From Candidatus Cloacimonadales bacterium (lineage in GTDB: Bacteria > Cloacimonadota > Cloacimonadia > Cloacimonadales > JAFGVF01): a DNA stretch of 64,000 nt. Shown here piece after piece: positions 9,393 to 18,608 of the stretch. Each line of letters opens with the position of its first letter. The stretch's first letter is position 1. The notes under the pieces were generated by a model. It was not told where the DNA came from. It ran no database searches and saw only the letters and a program-made list of their open reading frames with translations. Location: the NCBI GenBank assembly GCA_963667035.1, contig OY762964.1, forward strand, positions 1,536,001 through 1,600,000, written 5' to 3'. A program made the translations under genes and the position numbers.

Positions 9393-11734
9393 AATGTGTT
9401 TAACCTCTGATTCAGTAACTTTGTTTGTTCTTCCCTACTATACTTACTATCTAACTTAGGTGAAAAAACTTCAGCCTGTATTCGTAAAACTAATTTCTTG
9501 AATAAATTCTTTATTACATCAACATCATCAATCGAGCAGATTAAATTATTTCCTGTACTTCTCAGAATTTGGGCTGCCTCTCCTTCCTGAGGAATCATTG
9601 CTAGAATTGGTATTCCTGATCTCAAATACTCAAAGAGTTTTCCAGTTATTACTCCCTTACCGTTTTCATTTGCAATGAATAATAATAATCCGGAAGTTTC
9701 TTCATACTTCTTAATCACTTCCTCATGAGTAACTTGAGGTACAATTTCTAAGATATCAGCAACCTTACTATCTTCAAGACACTCCCTCGCTTCTCTAAAA
9801 TAATTACCTACAAATCTGAATGAGATGTTTGAGAAATCAAATCCTTCATCCCTTAATTCCTTTATAGCTTCTACAAAAAACTTAGGTGTTCTGTTTCGAT
9901 AGAAATTACCTATATAACTTATTACAATAGGCAATTTAGAAGGAGAACGCTTATAGTCAGTAAAGTCACTTTCATCAAAGCCATTATACAAGACATGTAT
10001 CTTAGAGCTTAAATTGCTACCAAATCTATCGCAAAGTTGCTCTTTCATAACATTACCAATAACTGTCACAAGCTTACTATGATTTAATATCTTCTTTTCC
10101 CAATGAACTGATAAAGGTTTTAATAAGCTAATATTATCATCGTATGGATTTATTGTCCAATGGTCTCTGTAATCAACAATTAAAGGGATGTTGCAACTTT
10201 TTGATATGTAATATCCTATTAATCCGGCTGTATATGGTCCCATAGTTGTGAAAATAAATCTATAATTGTTTCTTTTCGCTTCTCTAATACCTTTGAGTAC
10301 AGCCGGAATTAGCCAACCAATCTTATCATCAATAGGGAATAGTTTCTTTATTGCTACTTTAAATCCCTCCGGTATTCGAAAATAGAAGCTATTGTTATCA
10401 GGATTATCTGCTTTTATGGATTTCGTAACTGCCATAGGATCAAATGAGTTAGCTTTAAACACCTGTCTTTCGCTACATTCATTGAGTAAAGTAAGATCTT
10501 GAGAGTGATAAAAAATGCTTTTAACTGTTAGCACATCACAATCCCACCCTAGCTTTGATAAATATTTGATTGTTTTACATGATCTTTGTACTGCAGGTCC
10601 TCCTAATGGAGGGTAAAAATATGAACAAACTAACATCTCATTGTGTTGTTCCAAACTATCGAACATTTCTAAAAGCTTCTTAGACTGATTATTCCAACAT
10701 GCTTTAGTCCTGATAAACTCAATATTCATGATAGATTGATTCTGAATCTGTTCTCTTGTTATTGACAAGATACTTGCAATAGCCTTTGCCAGTGCTTTTG
10801 AGTTGTAATCTATGTAAGTAACTCCTCCCTTAAGCTCAGAGAGAAAGTTCTTTTGGAAAGTAAAATCATTAGTTATCACGTAAAGTCCGTTAGCAAGGTA
10901 TTCTAAAGTCTTTAAGGGTATTGCTTTTTCAAAACGCTTTATCTTTGGATTTAACACTGAAATTCCAATTTTAGAAGTTGAAATATATCTTTGTGCTTCA
11001 TTTACTGAAACTTCAGGCTTGATTTGAACATTATCTACCAGTTCATGTTCAAGCACAAGTTGCTGAAGTTCAACCAACAAATCATTTTTAACACGTCCAA
11101 GTATCAAGACTCTAATGTTTGGGAAAGCACTCTTTAACATGGAGGTAGCAATGATGAGTTTAGTGACTCCGCGATCTTTAACTATTCCACCGGCATAAAT
11201 TACATCATACTCATATTCGAGAGCACTCATTTTAGATATTACTGTAGGGTAATTTGATACAACTCTAACATTGTTATGCTTTTTGAATCTTTCTTTTAAT
11301 AGAGAATTAACAACTAAAATCCCTGTAGCCCTTTTCACAAGAAAGTCTTCCACTGTCTTGTATGCTTTTTCAGCAATAAGGGAGACAATTCCTTTGTATC
11401 TTTCAGCAAAAGCCTCAGCAAAGAATTCATGACAGTCGTAAAATAATTTCAGCTTAGTCTTTCTTTTCAACAATATCCCGACAATTAATGTTAATGGCTC
11501 AACACAGATCAAGACATCGGGTTTGTAACTATTAGCAAATTTATAAAGCTCAATCAGATTATCCAGAGTATCCAGTTCTTGTCTTCTCACAAAATTAACA
11601 GGGGAATCCTCAACAGCGTTACCTTTGAATCCTATTATTGTTACTTCATTGTGGCTTGCCAGTGTTAGACCTATCTTCCAATAAAGTCTTGTATCATCAA
11701 TTCTATGAGAATTAGTTATAATTGCTATCTTCAT
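9389..11734 (-). CDS. Tandem (double) GT4-type glycosyltransferase fusion
   Basis: Two GT-B modules: first with YDCHE / PLKTLEYLANG, second with YFYPPLGGPAVQR / DYRDHW / GKLFEYLRSG. Confidence 0.8.
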   Translation of the reverse strand: MKIAIITNSHRIDDTRLYWKIGLTLASHNEVTIIGFKGNAVEDSPVNFVRRQELDTLDNLIELYKFANSYKPDVLICVEPLTLIVGILLKRKTKLKLFYDCHEFFAEAFAERYKGIVSLIAEKAYKTVEDFLVKRATGILVVNSLLKERFKKHNNVRVVSNYPTVISKMSALEYEYDVIYAGGIVKDRGVTKLIIATSMLKSAFPNIRVLILGRVKNDLLVELQQLVLEHELVDNVQIKPEVSVNEAQRYISTSKIGISVLNPKIKRFEKAIPLKTLEYLANGLYVITNDFTFQKNFLSELKGGVTYIDYNSKALAKAIASILSITREQIQNQSIMNIEFIRTKACWNNQSKKLLEMFDSLEQHNEMLVCSYFYPPLGGPAVQRSCKTIKYLSKLGWDCDVLTVKSIFYHSQDLTLLNECSERQVFKANSFDPMAVTKSIKADNPDNNSFYFRIPEGFKVAIKKLFPIDDKIGWLIPAVLKGIREAKRNNYRFIFTTMGPYTAGLIGYYISKSCNIPLIVDYRDHWTINPYDDNISLLKPLSVHWEKKILNHSKLVTVIGNVMKEQLCDRFGSNLSSKIHVLYNGFDESDFTDYKRSPSKLPIVISYIGNFYRNRTPKFFVEAIKELRDEGFDFSNISFRFVGNYFREARECLEDSKVADILEIVPQVTHEEVIKKYEETSGLLLFIANENGKGVITGKLFEYLRSGIPILAMIPQEGEAAQILRSTGNNLICSIDDVDVIKNLFKKLVLRIQAEVFSPKLDSKYSREEQTKLLNQRLNTL

Positions 11735-11735
11735 A

Positions 11736-13394
11736 TCACTTCTTTGCAGAGAATTTTACAATCAATTCTGACCCACTAGTAACATTGGTACACTCAATCT
11801 TATTACCATTTATCTTAACTTCGGCTCCCGTAATTTCGGAAATTCTTTTATCGCCTACTATAGAAAATGTTATATTCTTAAAATCCTCCTGGAAGGTAAT
11901 TGACAAATCATATTCTTCTTCAAAAGCTATTACATCAGATCTTGATTTCCACCAGTTATTTATATCATAGAGAGTTCCAATAAAGACATTATCATCTTTA
12001 ATCTTCTCAAAAATATAGCTTGTAAGTTTGCTCTGATAATATGTCTCGAAATAGTTTGATAGCTTTAAATCCAAGCATAATAATCCGTGATATTTTTTAA
12101 CATCGTCCAAGACTTCTTTAAAGGCTACTTTTGCCTGTTTAAACATTATTGCTTTGTATTTTTCAATCCTAAGAGCGCTATCGTTACAATTCACAGGATA
12201 AGTATAGTTCTCTGATCTGAATTTGGAAGTAATAGGCTTGAAGGGATGAACAAACCCATTAAAGAAACCGAATTTTCTTTTGAAGGAATAAGAACTATCA
12301 TAGCTCAGATTTGCTCTTTCGGCTCTTGAAAGTGAAGAAGAATTGCTCATATAATCGTCATTTCTAACTCCTGAGCCCTTTCCTGACGCAATCTTTAACC
12401 TCTTCTCATTCTGAAAGAGTTTCTCAATGGTCTCTTGTTCAGGAAATGAATATAAAGCTATGTCATGTCCGGATTTTGACAATGTAATGATTACATTTTG
12501 AAGATCCTTATCCAGAAAATTATAATCAGTTAAATCACTTTCATTAACTGCAAAGAACCAACTTGACTTTAGAGTATAATCATCTTCCAGTTTGGAATAT
12601 TCAGGAAATGACCAATATTGTTCCACCCCTCTAAACATATAGTTTAACATGCTCCCAAATTGTCTGAGGAAAGCAGGCAATCTTAATGTCACCAATAATA
12701 CGAATATGTCTAAAAGCGAGTGGAATATCTTACCCCAAGTCCACTTATTAAGTTTGTCGACCGTATGAGTAACTGCAAAGGCATAATTCTGGGATTTGGG
12801 CCACATCTCTTTCTTAATCAGATAAAAGCCTTTAGCTTTTAAAATGGATTCCAGAACCCAATCAAAGGCTGTTAAATACTCAGCAACAAAGGCATGGTCA
12901 AAGTCTTTATAAAAAAAGCTTTTATTTTCAGGAAACTTGCCACCCCCATCAGCTCGAATCTCCCCTTCCAAATTGGACAAGAAAAACATGATATTGCCTA
13001 GTAAATCAAAGTTGTATTTAGCTGTTACAATATGTTCATTGCTCATTATTGTCACAGGTTCTTTTATCTTTTTATTATGCAAAACAGGTACTTCCGAACC
13101 AATATTTATGTATTGTTTAAAGCTTTCTATACGACCTTTCTTAATTTTATCAAGATTGTATATTTCTTCGCAGAAAGGCATAAGAATGACAGGATGCTTG
13201 AGAGCAAAGGAAATGAATAATTCATTTGAAGGTGTTTTAGGGGAATAATAAAGCAACGTATCTGTGATAATTAAACTATCAAAATCATAGATAATTCTGA
13301 ATTGATACCCTAAAGTATCAAGTAAAAATTCTATTGCAGCATTAATACTAGTATTATGCTTTGATAGTTCAGGATCGATGTAAATAGCTATCAT
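11736..13394 (-). CDS. Polysaccharide-deacetylase-like protein of a glycan locus
   Basis: WP....AFAVTHTVD (THDVD-like), YDSS...GF.NG..HPF. Weak manual family call supported by context. Confidence 0.5.
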   Translation of the reverse strand: MIAIYIDPELSKHNTSINAAIEFLLDTLGYQFRIIYDFDSLIITDTLLYYSPKTPSNELFISFALKHPVILMPFCEEIYNLDKIKKGRIESFKQYINIGSEVPVLHNKKIKEPVTIMSNEHIVTAKYNFDLLGNIMFFLSNLEGEIRADGGGKFPENKSFFYKDFDHAFVAEYLTAFDWVLESILKAKGFYLIKKEMWPKSQNYAFAVTHTVDKLNKWTWGKIFHSLLDIFVLLVTLRLPAFLRQFGSMLNYMFRGVEQYWSFPEYSKLEDDYTLKSSWFFAVNESDLTDYNFLDKDLQNVIITLSKSGHDIALYSFPEQETIEKLFQNEKRLKIASGKGSGVRNDDYMSNSSSLSRAERANLSYDSSYSFKRKFGFFNGFVHPFKPITSKFRSENYTYPVNCNDSALRIEKYKAIMFKQAKVAFKEVLDDVKKYHGLLCLDLKLSNYFETYYQSKLTSYIFEKIKDDNVFIGTLYDINNWWKSRSDVIAFEEEYDLSITFQEDFKNITFSIVGDKRISEITGAEVKINGNKIECTNVTSGSELIVKFSAKK

Positions 13395-13580
13395 TGCTTT
13401 CCCTTATATAGTTAATCATAAGTGTCATCACTTTTCAGATAACATTTAACAACACCTTGCTAACAGTCAAGATTTTGTTCTTGAATTAGCACTATAAACA
13501 ATCTAGTTTGACTATCGGTCAAACCTGACACGGTAAAATAAAAAACAGTTAACAAAGATTGTCTTTAGAATAACAATAGC

Positions 13581-14870
13581 TTATAGAACATTCCTTTCAA
13601 AGAATTGACCATTACATACTTGCTTAACATCGTCATCATAAGAATGAACTCTCTCTCCTCTTACAAAAGTATGAGCAACACAACAGTTCATCTTATAACC
13701 ATGATAATTTGAGTCCTTATCATCAACAACATAAGAAACATTAGGATCTAAAATGAAGAAATCCGCATCTGCACCTTTTTCTATACTTCCCTTTCTAGGG
13801 AATATATTCAAAGTACGAGCGATATTCTCCGAAGTTAAATTTATAAATTGGCTCATTTGTGCCTTAGGATTTGAAAAGAATTCCGTGTATAGGAATGGGA
13901 TATGATAAGGATAATCCGCAGGATTACTCTCAGGTAAATCAGAATTATATATCATATTCTTATCTTTAAAACCGTAATGAGTCGCTAAAATACTTGCTCG
14001 ACAGAACTTAAACATATCTTTCAAATTGTTTCTTTCTTCATTTCTTTTCTGGTAAGAACGAGCAAATATCGCAGATACCAGTTTATCTTTATGAAGTTTT
14101 ATAAAGTATTCAGGTCTTAAATCAAAGCTGATGTCAAAACGTTTTTGAGCGGAAATTAAATAGTTTATCGCTTTGAATGTGGACATGTTTGTAAAGTGAA
14201 TCGGATTGTCTAAAGATCTTCTGACAATTTTTGTTAAGGCATCAAGCTGATGATTGGATAAAGTTTCCTCATCCAATGTTTCTTCTAACTCAGATATAGT
14301 TTGATAATCTAATGCACTGATAGATACAACCATTTCTTTATCAGGAATATCCGAGAATAAGTCATTTATTTCCTCATAAGTGAAATATTCCAAATCAGTA
14401 TTATCAGTTAATGTGTAAATCTGAAATCCGATAGCACCTTTATCCCAAATCTCTTCCATATCTTCAAAATAGTAGGGAGCTTCAGCAGGGTCAATTTTAG
14501 CCCAAAGTGCTCTATTTATAGGTAATTTCTTGAATTTGTCTCTTGAATCACAATACTGTTCCGAAGTAATGATTGCTTCATCATCACTTACAGGAGAATC
14601 AATCACTGAAGTAAACCCGCCCTTAACGGCTAAAGAGCTCATCTCTTCAACACAATCTTCGTCTCCGTCAACACTTGTAAAATGAACTTGTGCGTCAATT
14701 GCTCCGGGAAGTAGATACATTCCTTCTGCATCGATAATTTCATCGATTTGTTCATCTTCAATTTCTTCATTAGTAATCTTGACAACCTTGTCATCAAAGA
14801 GCACATTACAGGGTTTGAGTTTCTTATTGCTTTTGGGCAAGTAGACATTTCTTATTAGTTTCATTACCAC
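13581..14870 (-). CDS. Dihydroorotase/allantoinase-like amidohydrolase-fold protein, degenerate active site
   Basis: LLPGAIDAQVH, AVKGGFTSVID, SENIA...FPRKGSIEKGADADF, TFVRGE. Confidence 0.75.
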   Translation of the reverse strand: MVMKLIRNVYLPKSNKKLKPCNVLFDDKVVKITNEEIEDEQIDEIIDAEGMYLLPGAIDAQVHFTSVDGDEDCVEEMSSLAVKGGFTSVIDSPVSDDEAIITSEQYCDSRDKFKKLPINRALWAKIDPAEAPYYFEDMEEIWDKGAIGFQIYTLTDNTDLEYFTYEEINDLFSDIPDKEMVVSISALDYQTISELEETLDEETLSNHQLDALTKIVRRSLDNPIHFTNMSTFKAINYLISAQKRFDISFDLRPEYFIKLHKDKLVSAIFARSYQKRNEERNNLKDMFKFCRASILATHYGFKDKNMIYNSDLPESNPADYPYHIPFLYTEFFSNPKAQMSQFINLTSENIARTLNIFPRKGSIEKGADADFFILDPNVSYVVDDKDSNYHGYKMNCCVAHTFVRGERVHSYDDDVKQVCNGQFFERNVL

Positions 14871-14910
14871 GGCCTATTTATTATTGGAAGTATGTAATCT
14901 TCGTTAGACA

Positions 14911-14938
14911 ATTATACAAAATCACAAAATCCTGTCAA
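14911..14938 (-). promoter_or_regulatory. Consensus sigma70 promoter
   Basis: Minus strand TTGACA-16 nt-TATAAT (with TG extension), about 40 nt upstream of the 14870 start. Confidence 0.7.
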
Positions 14939-15005
14939 TGGTTAACATGCTAGGTATGGTATTTTTCTCAATTTGTTATGATTTTACTTCGCTTGATTGA
15001 TACGC

Positions 15006-15743
15006 TTATTGCTTGATGTATCTTGCATTAACTTGATTAATGGCTTGAGATACTTCCTCAAAAGTTGGAGAGTCAAGATATAGATAATTGTAGCCAATTC
15101 CAACCTGATTTAGGTAATGTGAGTCGGAATTACGGATAAGTTGATACTCTTTTGTAAATGGATAGCTTTCGAAAAGTCTGTCTGTTTTGCACTTTGCACT
15201 TATTCCTAAAGTACGAAAGTTAAGATTAGGCGGAACAAATCCAAGCTGTCCGAGTAAGGAATATGTTGTTGCATCTACATGAGCCGGGAAACATACTCCT
15301 CCAAAGCTTCTGATATTTTCGACTGCTTCATCAAATGACCACATGGAAGAATTAATCAGAGCTCTATCTTCAATACCGATTATGTTCTCCTCGGAATCAA
15401 TAATCACTTGATCACCAAAGAAATCGGGATTGTTCTCAATTGGAAGAAGCGACTGATAAATCTGTTCATCGAATTGCATTCCAATCTCTAAGCTTGGAAA
15501 CAAGCCAATCAGATGAATTTCTTCTGCTGTTTGAACTTCAACTCCCGCCAGAACTTTAATCCCGGCCTTCTCCCCTACCATAATATAGGCTTCGCAATTC
15601 TTTAATGAATTATGATCTGTTATTGCAATAATCTCCAGTCCTGCCTCAGCAGCCTTTGCAATCAGAGCACCGGGAGCCATCTCCAAATCCCCGCAGGGAG
15701 AAAGGACAGTATGCAGGTGTAAATCTGCCTTGTAGAATCTCAT
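15006..15743 (-). CDS. PHP-domain phosphoesterase
   Basis: DLHLHT.LSPC, ITDHN, GVEVQTAEEIH, PAHVD, SDSH. Confidence 0.9.
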   Translation of the reverse strand: MRFYKADLHLHTVLSPCGDLEMAPGALIAKAAEAGLEIIAITDHNSLKNCEAYIMVGEKAGIKVLAGVEVQTAEEIHLIGLFPSLEIGMQFDEQIYQSLLPIENNPDFFGDQVIIDSEENIIGIEDRALINSSMWSFDEAVENIRSFGGVCFPAHVDATTYSLLGQLGFVPPNLNFRTLGISAKCKTDRLFESYPFTKEYQLIRNSDSHYLNQVGIGYNYLYLDSPTFEEVSQAINQVNARYIKQ

Positions 15744-16087
15744 TAACTATTCAGAAGAGTATAAATCTGTCCTGATAATTCGAAAACGGTTAATGGGCTT
15801 GTTAAAAGGATAATACCTTCTTCTCTAGCTTTATCAATAACCGACTGCTCTGGAATAATATCCTTAGCAAAAACAATTACAGGTACACCTGTCATAGAAG
15901 CAACTGCAATAGTATTTAGATGTCTCATTATAGTAATCCAGATTTGATTTTCTTTAGCTGAACCCATAACATCGGATAAAAGATCAGACACATAACCACT
16001 TTCGATTTCTACATTTGAGGTATCTAAATCAGGAGTTAAGTTTGTTACTTGTATTTTGTTTATAATATTTTCAACTTTAATAGCCAT
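15743..16087 (-). CDS. DRTGG-domain protein
   Basis: GYVSDLLSDVM...IWIT..H.N.IAVA pattern. Confidence 0.8.
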   Translation of the reverse strand: MAIKVENIINKIQVTNLTPDLDTSNVEIESGYVSDLLSDVMGSAKENQIWITIMRHLNTIAVASMTGVPVIVFAKDIIPEQSVIDKAREEGIILLTSPLTVFELSGQIYTLLNS

Positions 16088-17364
16088 TATTCTTCCTTTG
16101 TTTGCTTGTATAATATAATACAGTCATCTACTGTAGCTTTTCCTTGAACAATATCCTCCGCCAGACTCTCACAATTCGGAGATCCGCAAGCAGAACAATT
16201 CAGTCCCGGAAGCTCGGTCAATATCTCATTTATCTTTCTCATTTTTACTAGAGCAGCCTTAATATCATGATCCAGCTTCATCATTGATCTTTGTTTCAAT
16301 GGTTCAACGTCAAACTCACCTTTTTCAAGCAATTCTCTAAATCCTGATTCATCAATAGGATGATGTTCAGCTTCTTTAGAGAGTTTCTTGATTCTGCTCA
16401 TGGCAACAAAAGGATTCTCGACATTTAATGGACCACCAACACAACCGTTTTTGCAATTTCTAACAACAATATAGTCATACTGATCAAGATAGTGATCTTC
16501 TACTTTAGAGAGAACATCCTTCACATTCTCAATACCGTTAACCGAGAGAGTTCTGATATCTTCGCAATCCACCATATCAGCTTCAACACCCGAAAGAGTC
16601 CAGGCAAGTCCGGATTCATATGTTTCGAAATCTATATCAAGTTCAACCCCTGAATTAAGGATTTGTTTAACTTCATTATAGACATCGGTAATTGAAAAGG
16701 CGGCATCGTATAGTTTTTTCCTTGATCCTTCAGGCTGATGAGTTGCTGTTACATCAGCTAGACACGGTACAATATTAAAGATACCAATGGAATCGGGATC
16801 AATATCAAGTTCCTTTATCACCTTTTCTTTGCAATAGTTAGCCAGTATTCCCATTGGTGATTCCAATAACAATAAGTTTGGAAGTAACGAAGGGAATCTC
16901 ACTTGGATCAATCTGACTACAGCCGGGCAATTACTTGAGAGTATAGGTCTTATATGCTTATTCTTTCGTACGTAATCACGAATCAATTTAACCATAAAAT
17001 CCGTAACCATACTCTCTTCAATCACCATATCAAAACCAAGTTTCTTTACTGCCGCCAGAATCTCTTTGTAAGAGATATTAGCTGAAAATTGACCGGCAAA
17101 AGCTGAAGTTACGATTGCTATTCTATATTCAAATTCTTTTAATACTTTCAATTTATCCGGTTTAGGTATTAATGCATGGAATTTGCATGCAGTTATACAA
17201 TCACCGCAATCAATACATCTATTTGCATCGATTACCACTTTCCCATGCCTTACACGCATTGCTTCTGTCGGACAAACGCGCACACATGCCGTACAACCGG
17301 TACATCTTTCTCTTACTACCTCAAAACCGTGATAGTATCTTTTATCTTCCATATTTACCTTCAA
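16087..17364 (-). CDS. [FeFe]-hydrogenase-like Fe-S protein (putative sensory, non-canonical H-cluster motifs)
   Basis: Two N-terminal CxxCxxCxxxC ferredoxin motifs, SSNCP, VPCLAD, CKNGCVGG, and a C-terminal LPGLNCSACGSPNC FeS domain. Confidence 0.8.
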   Translation of the reverse strand: MKVNMEDKRYYHGFEVVRERCTGCTACVRVCPTEAMRVRHGKVVIDANRCIDCGDCITACKFHALIPKPDKLKVLKEFEYRIAIVTSAFAGQFSANISYKEILAAVKKLGFDMVIEESMVTDFMVKLIRDYVRKNKHIRPILSSNCPAVVRLIQVRFPSLLPNLLLLESPMGILANYCKEKVIKELDIDPDSIGIFNIVPCLADVTATHQPEGSRKKLYDAAFSITDVYNEVKQILNSGVELDIDFETYESGLAWTLSGVEADMVDCEDIRTLSVNGIENVKDVLSKVEDHYLDQYDYIVVRNCKNGCVGGPLNVENPFVAMSRIKKLSKEAEHHPIDESGFRELLEKGEFDVEPLKQRSMMKLDHDIKAALVKMRKINEILTELPGLNCSACGSPNCESLAEDIVQGKATVDDCIILYKQTKEE

Positions 17365-17855
17365 CTTTGAAAGAATATTATTACATCTAACCTTGTTTGG
17401 GAATCTTTTTCGGAGTTAAGCCTCATTATATCAGAGTTTCTTTCTATATTTGGTAAGCCCAGTCCTGCCCCGAATCCCATTTCTCTAACCAATTCAATAG
17501 CTGTAGAGAACCCAGGAGTCATGGCTTTTGATAGATCTTCTATTCCCGGTCCCCTATCTTCAAATACAATATGAACATAGTCAGGATAGATATTACTTAT
17601 CATTGTTCCGCCATGTGAATGAGCAGCAATATTGATTTCAGCTTCATAAGCCGCTACAGCTACTTTTCTCATAATCGCAGGATCTACACCTAATCTTTTT
17701 ATAGTTAACTTAAGCTCGGCTGAGCCCTTACCCGAGTTAACGAAATCATGCTCAAGAATATCAAACTCAAGGGTTATTTCAGGTGTTTTATCATTTGAGA
17801 AAACTTCATTTTCTCGATTATTATATTCCGGATTTACTTTTAAATATTCTGCCAT
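17361..17855 (-). CDS. Anti-sigma-factor-like Ser/Thr kinase (RsbT/HATPase_c)
   Basis: YEAEIN..AH, DRGPGI, GFSTA...GFGAGLGLPN. Confidence 0.85.
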   Translation of the reverse strand: MAEYLKVNPEYNNRENEVFSNDKTPEITLEFDILEHDFVNSGKGSAELKLTIKRLGVDPAIMRKVAVAAYEAEINIAAHSHGGTMISNIYPDYVHIVFEDRGPGIEDLSKAMTPGFSTAIELVREMGFGAGLGLPNIERNSDIMRLNSEKDSQTRLDVIIFFQS

Positions 17856-17859
17856 AATT

Positions 17860-18210
17860 CTACTTTATTTTGCAACTTCTGAGCCCATTATTAAATAGAA
17901 CTCCACTCGCCATAAACATTGTATACTGAGTCGAAATAAGGGGTAATTCCCTTTCATTTGCCATCTCAATAAGTTCGTCAGTAGGACGCTTTCCTCTAAC
18001 AAAAACTATACCGGATAAATCAATCATATCGGATAATCTGATAACCTGTGGATTAGTTAAACCGGTTAATATAAGCGTTGATTCTTGGGTACACATCAGA
18101 ATATCACTAATCAAATCGCAACTAAAAGCACATGGTACTTCAGTATCAAGATTAGCAGATGGAGTCAATACTTCAGCATCAAGTATTGATACGAGTTCTC
18201 TCAGAGTCAT
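17860..18210 (-). CDS. DRTGG-domain protein
   Basis: FSCDLISDIL...ILTGLTNPQVIR...VFVRGK. Confidence 0.82.
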   Translation of the reverse strand: MTLRELVSILDAEVLTPSANLDTEVPCAFSCDLISDILMCTQESTLILTGLTNPQVIRLSDMIDLSGIVFVRGKRPTDELIEMANERELPLISTQYTMFMASGVLFNNGLRSCKIK

Positions 18211-18608
18211 ATTTACCTCTATTTATCTTTTATTTTATAAATACATCTTCTATGAGAAACAAACTATAAACCTCCATTTTCGAGTCAATAAAAAGGTTTT
18301 AGTTTACATCTGTGTGTAGTTTACTCATCTCATTTTTGGATTGAAGACGTTTTTACCAACTCATCTATTTTCATGTCAATAGCAAAATTGTTTTAGATTA
18401 ATTTTCTTCTCATTCGCCATAAATATCTCTCTTTAAGATACTTTAAAGGGTTACTTCCCATGTAGTGCAAGTGTCATCACTTGCACATAGCTCGGAGAGC
18501 TATAATTGTGAATATCTTCAAGTAAGGTTTGACTACCGGATTCCTGTCAGTGTAACTTACTGGCGATGTCAGAGCACATAAGACTAGTACGTTTGGATCA
18601 AGTTGCAG

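Noticed and set aside
18506..18523. Rex-like operator TTGTGAATATCTTCAAGT upstream of the hydrogenase-like operon
   Set aside because: The right half-site matches poorly and it lies about 300 bp from the start codon.
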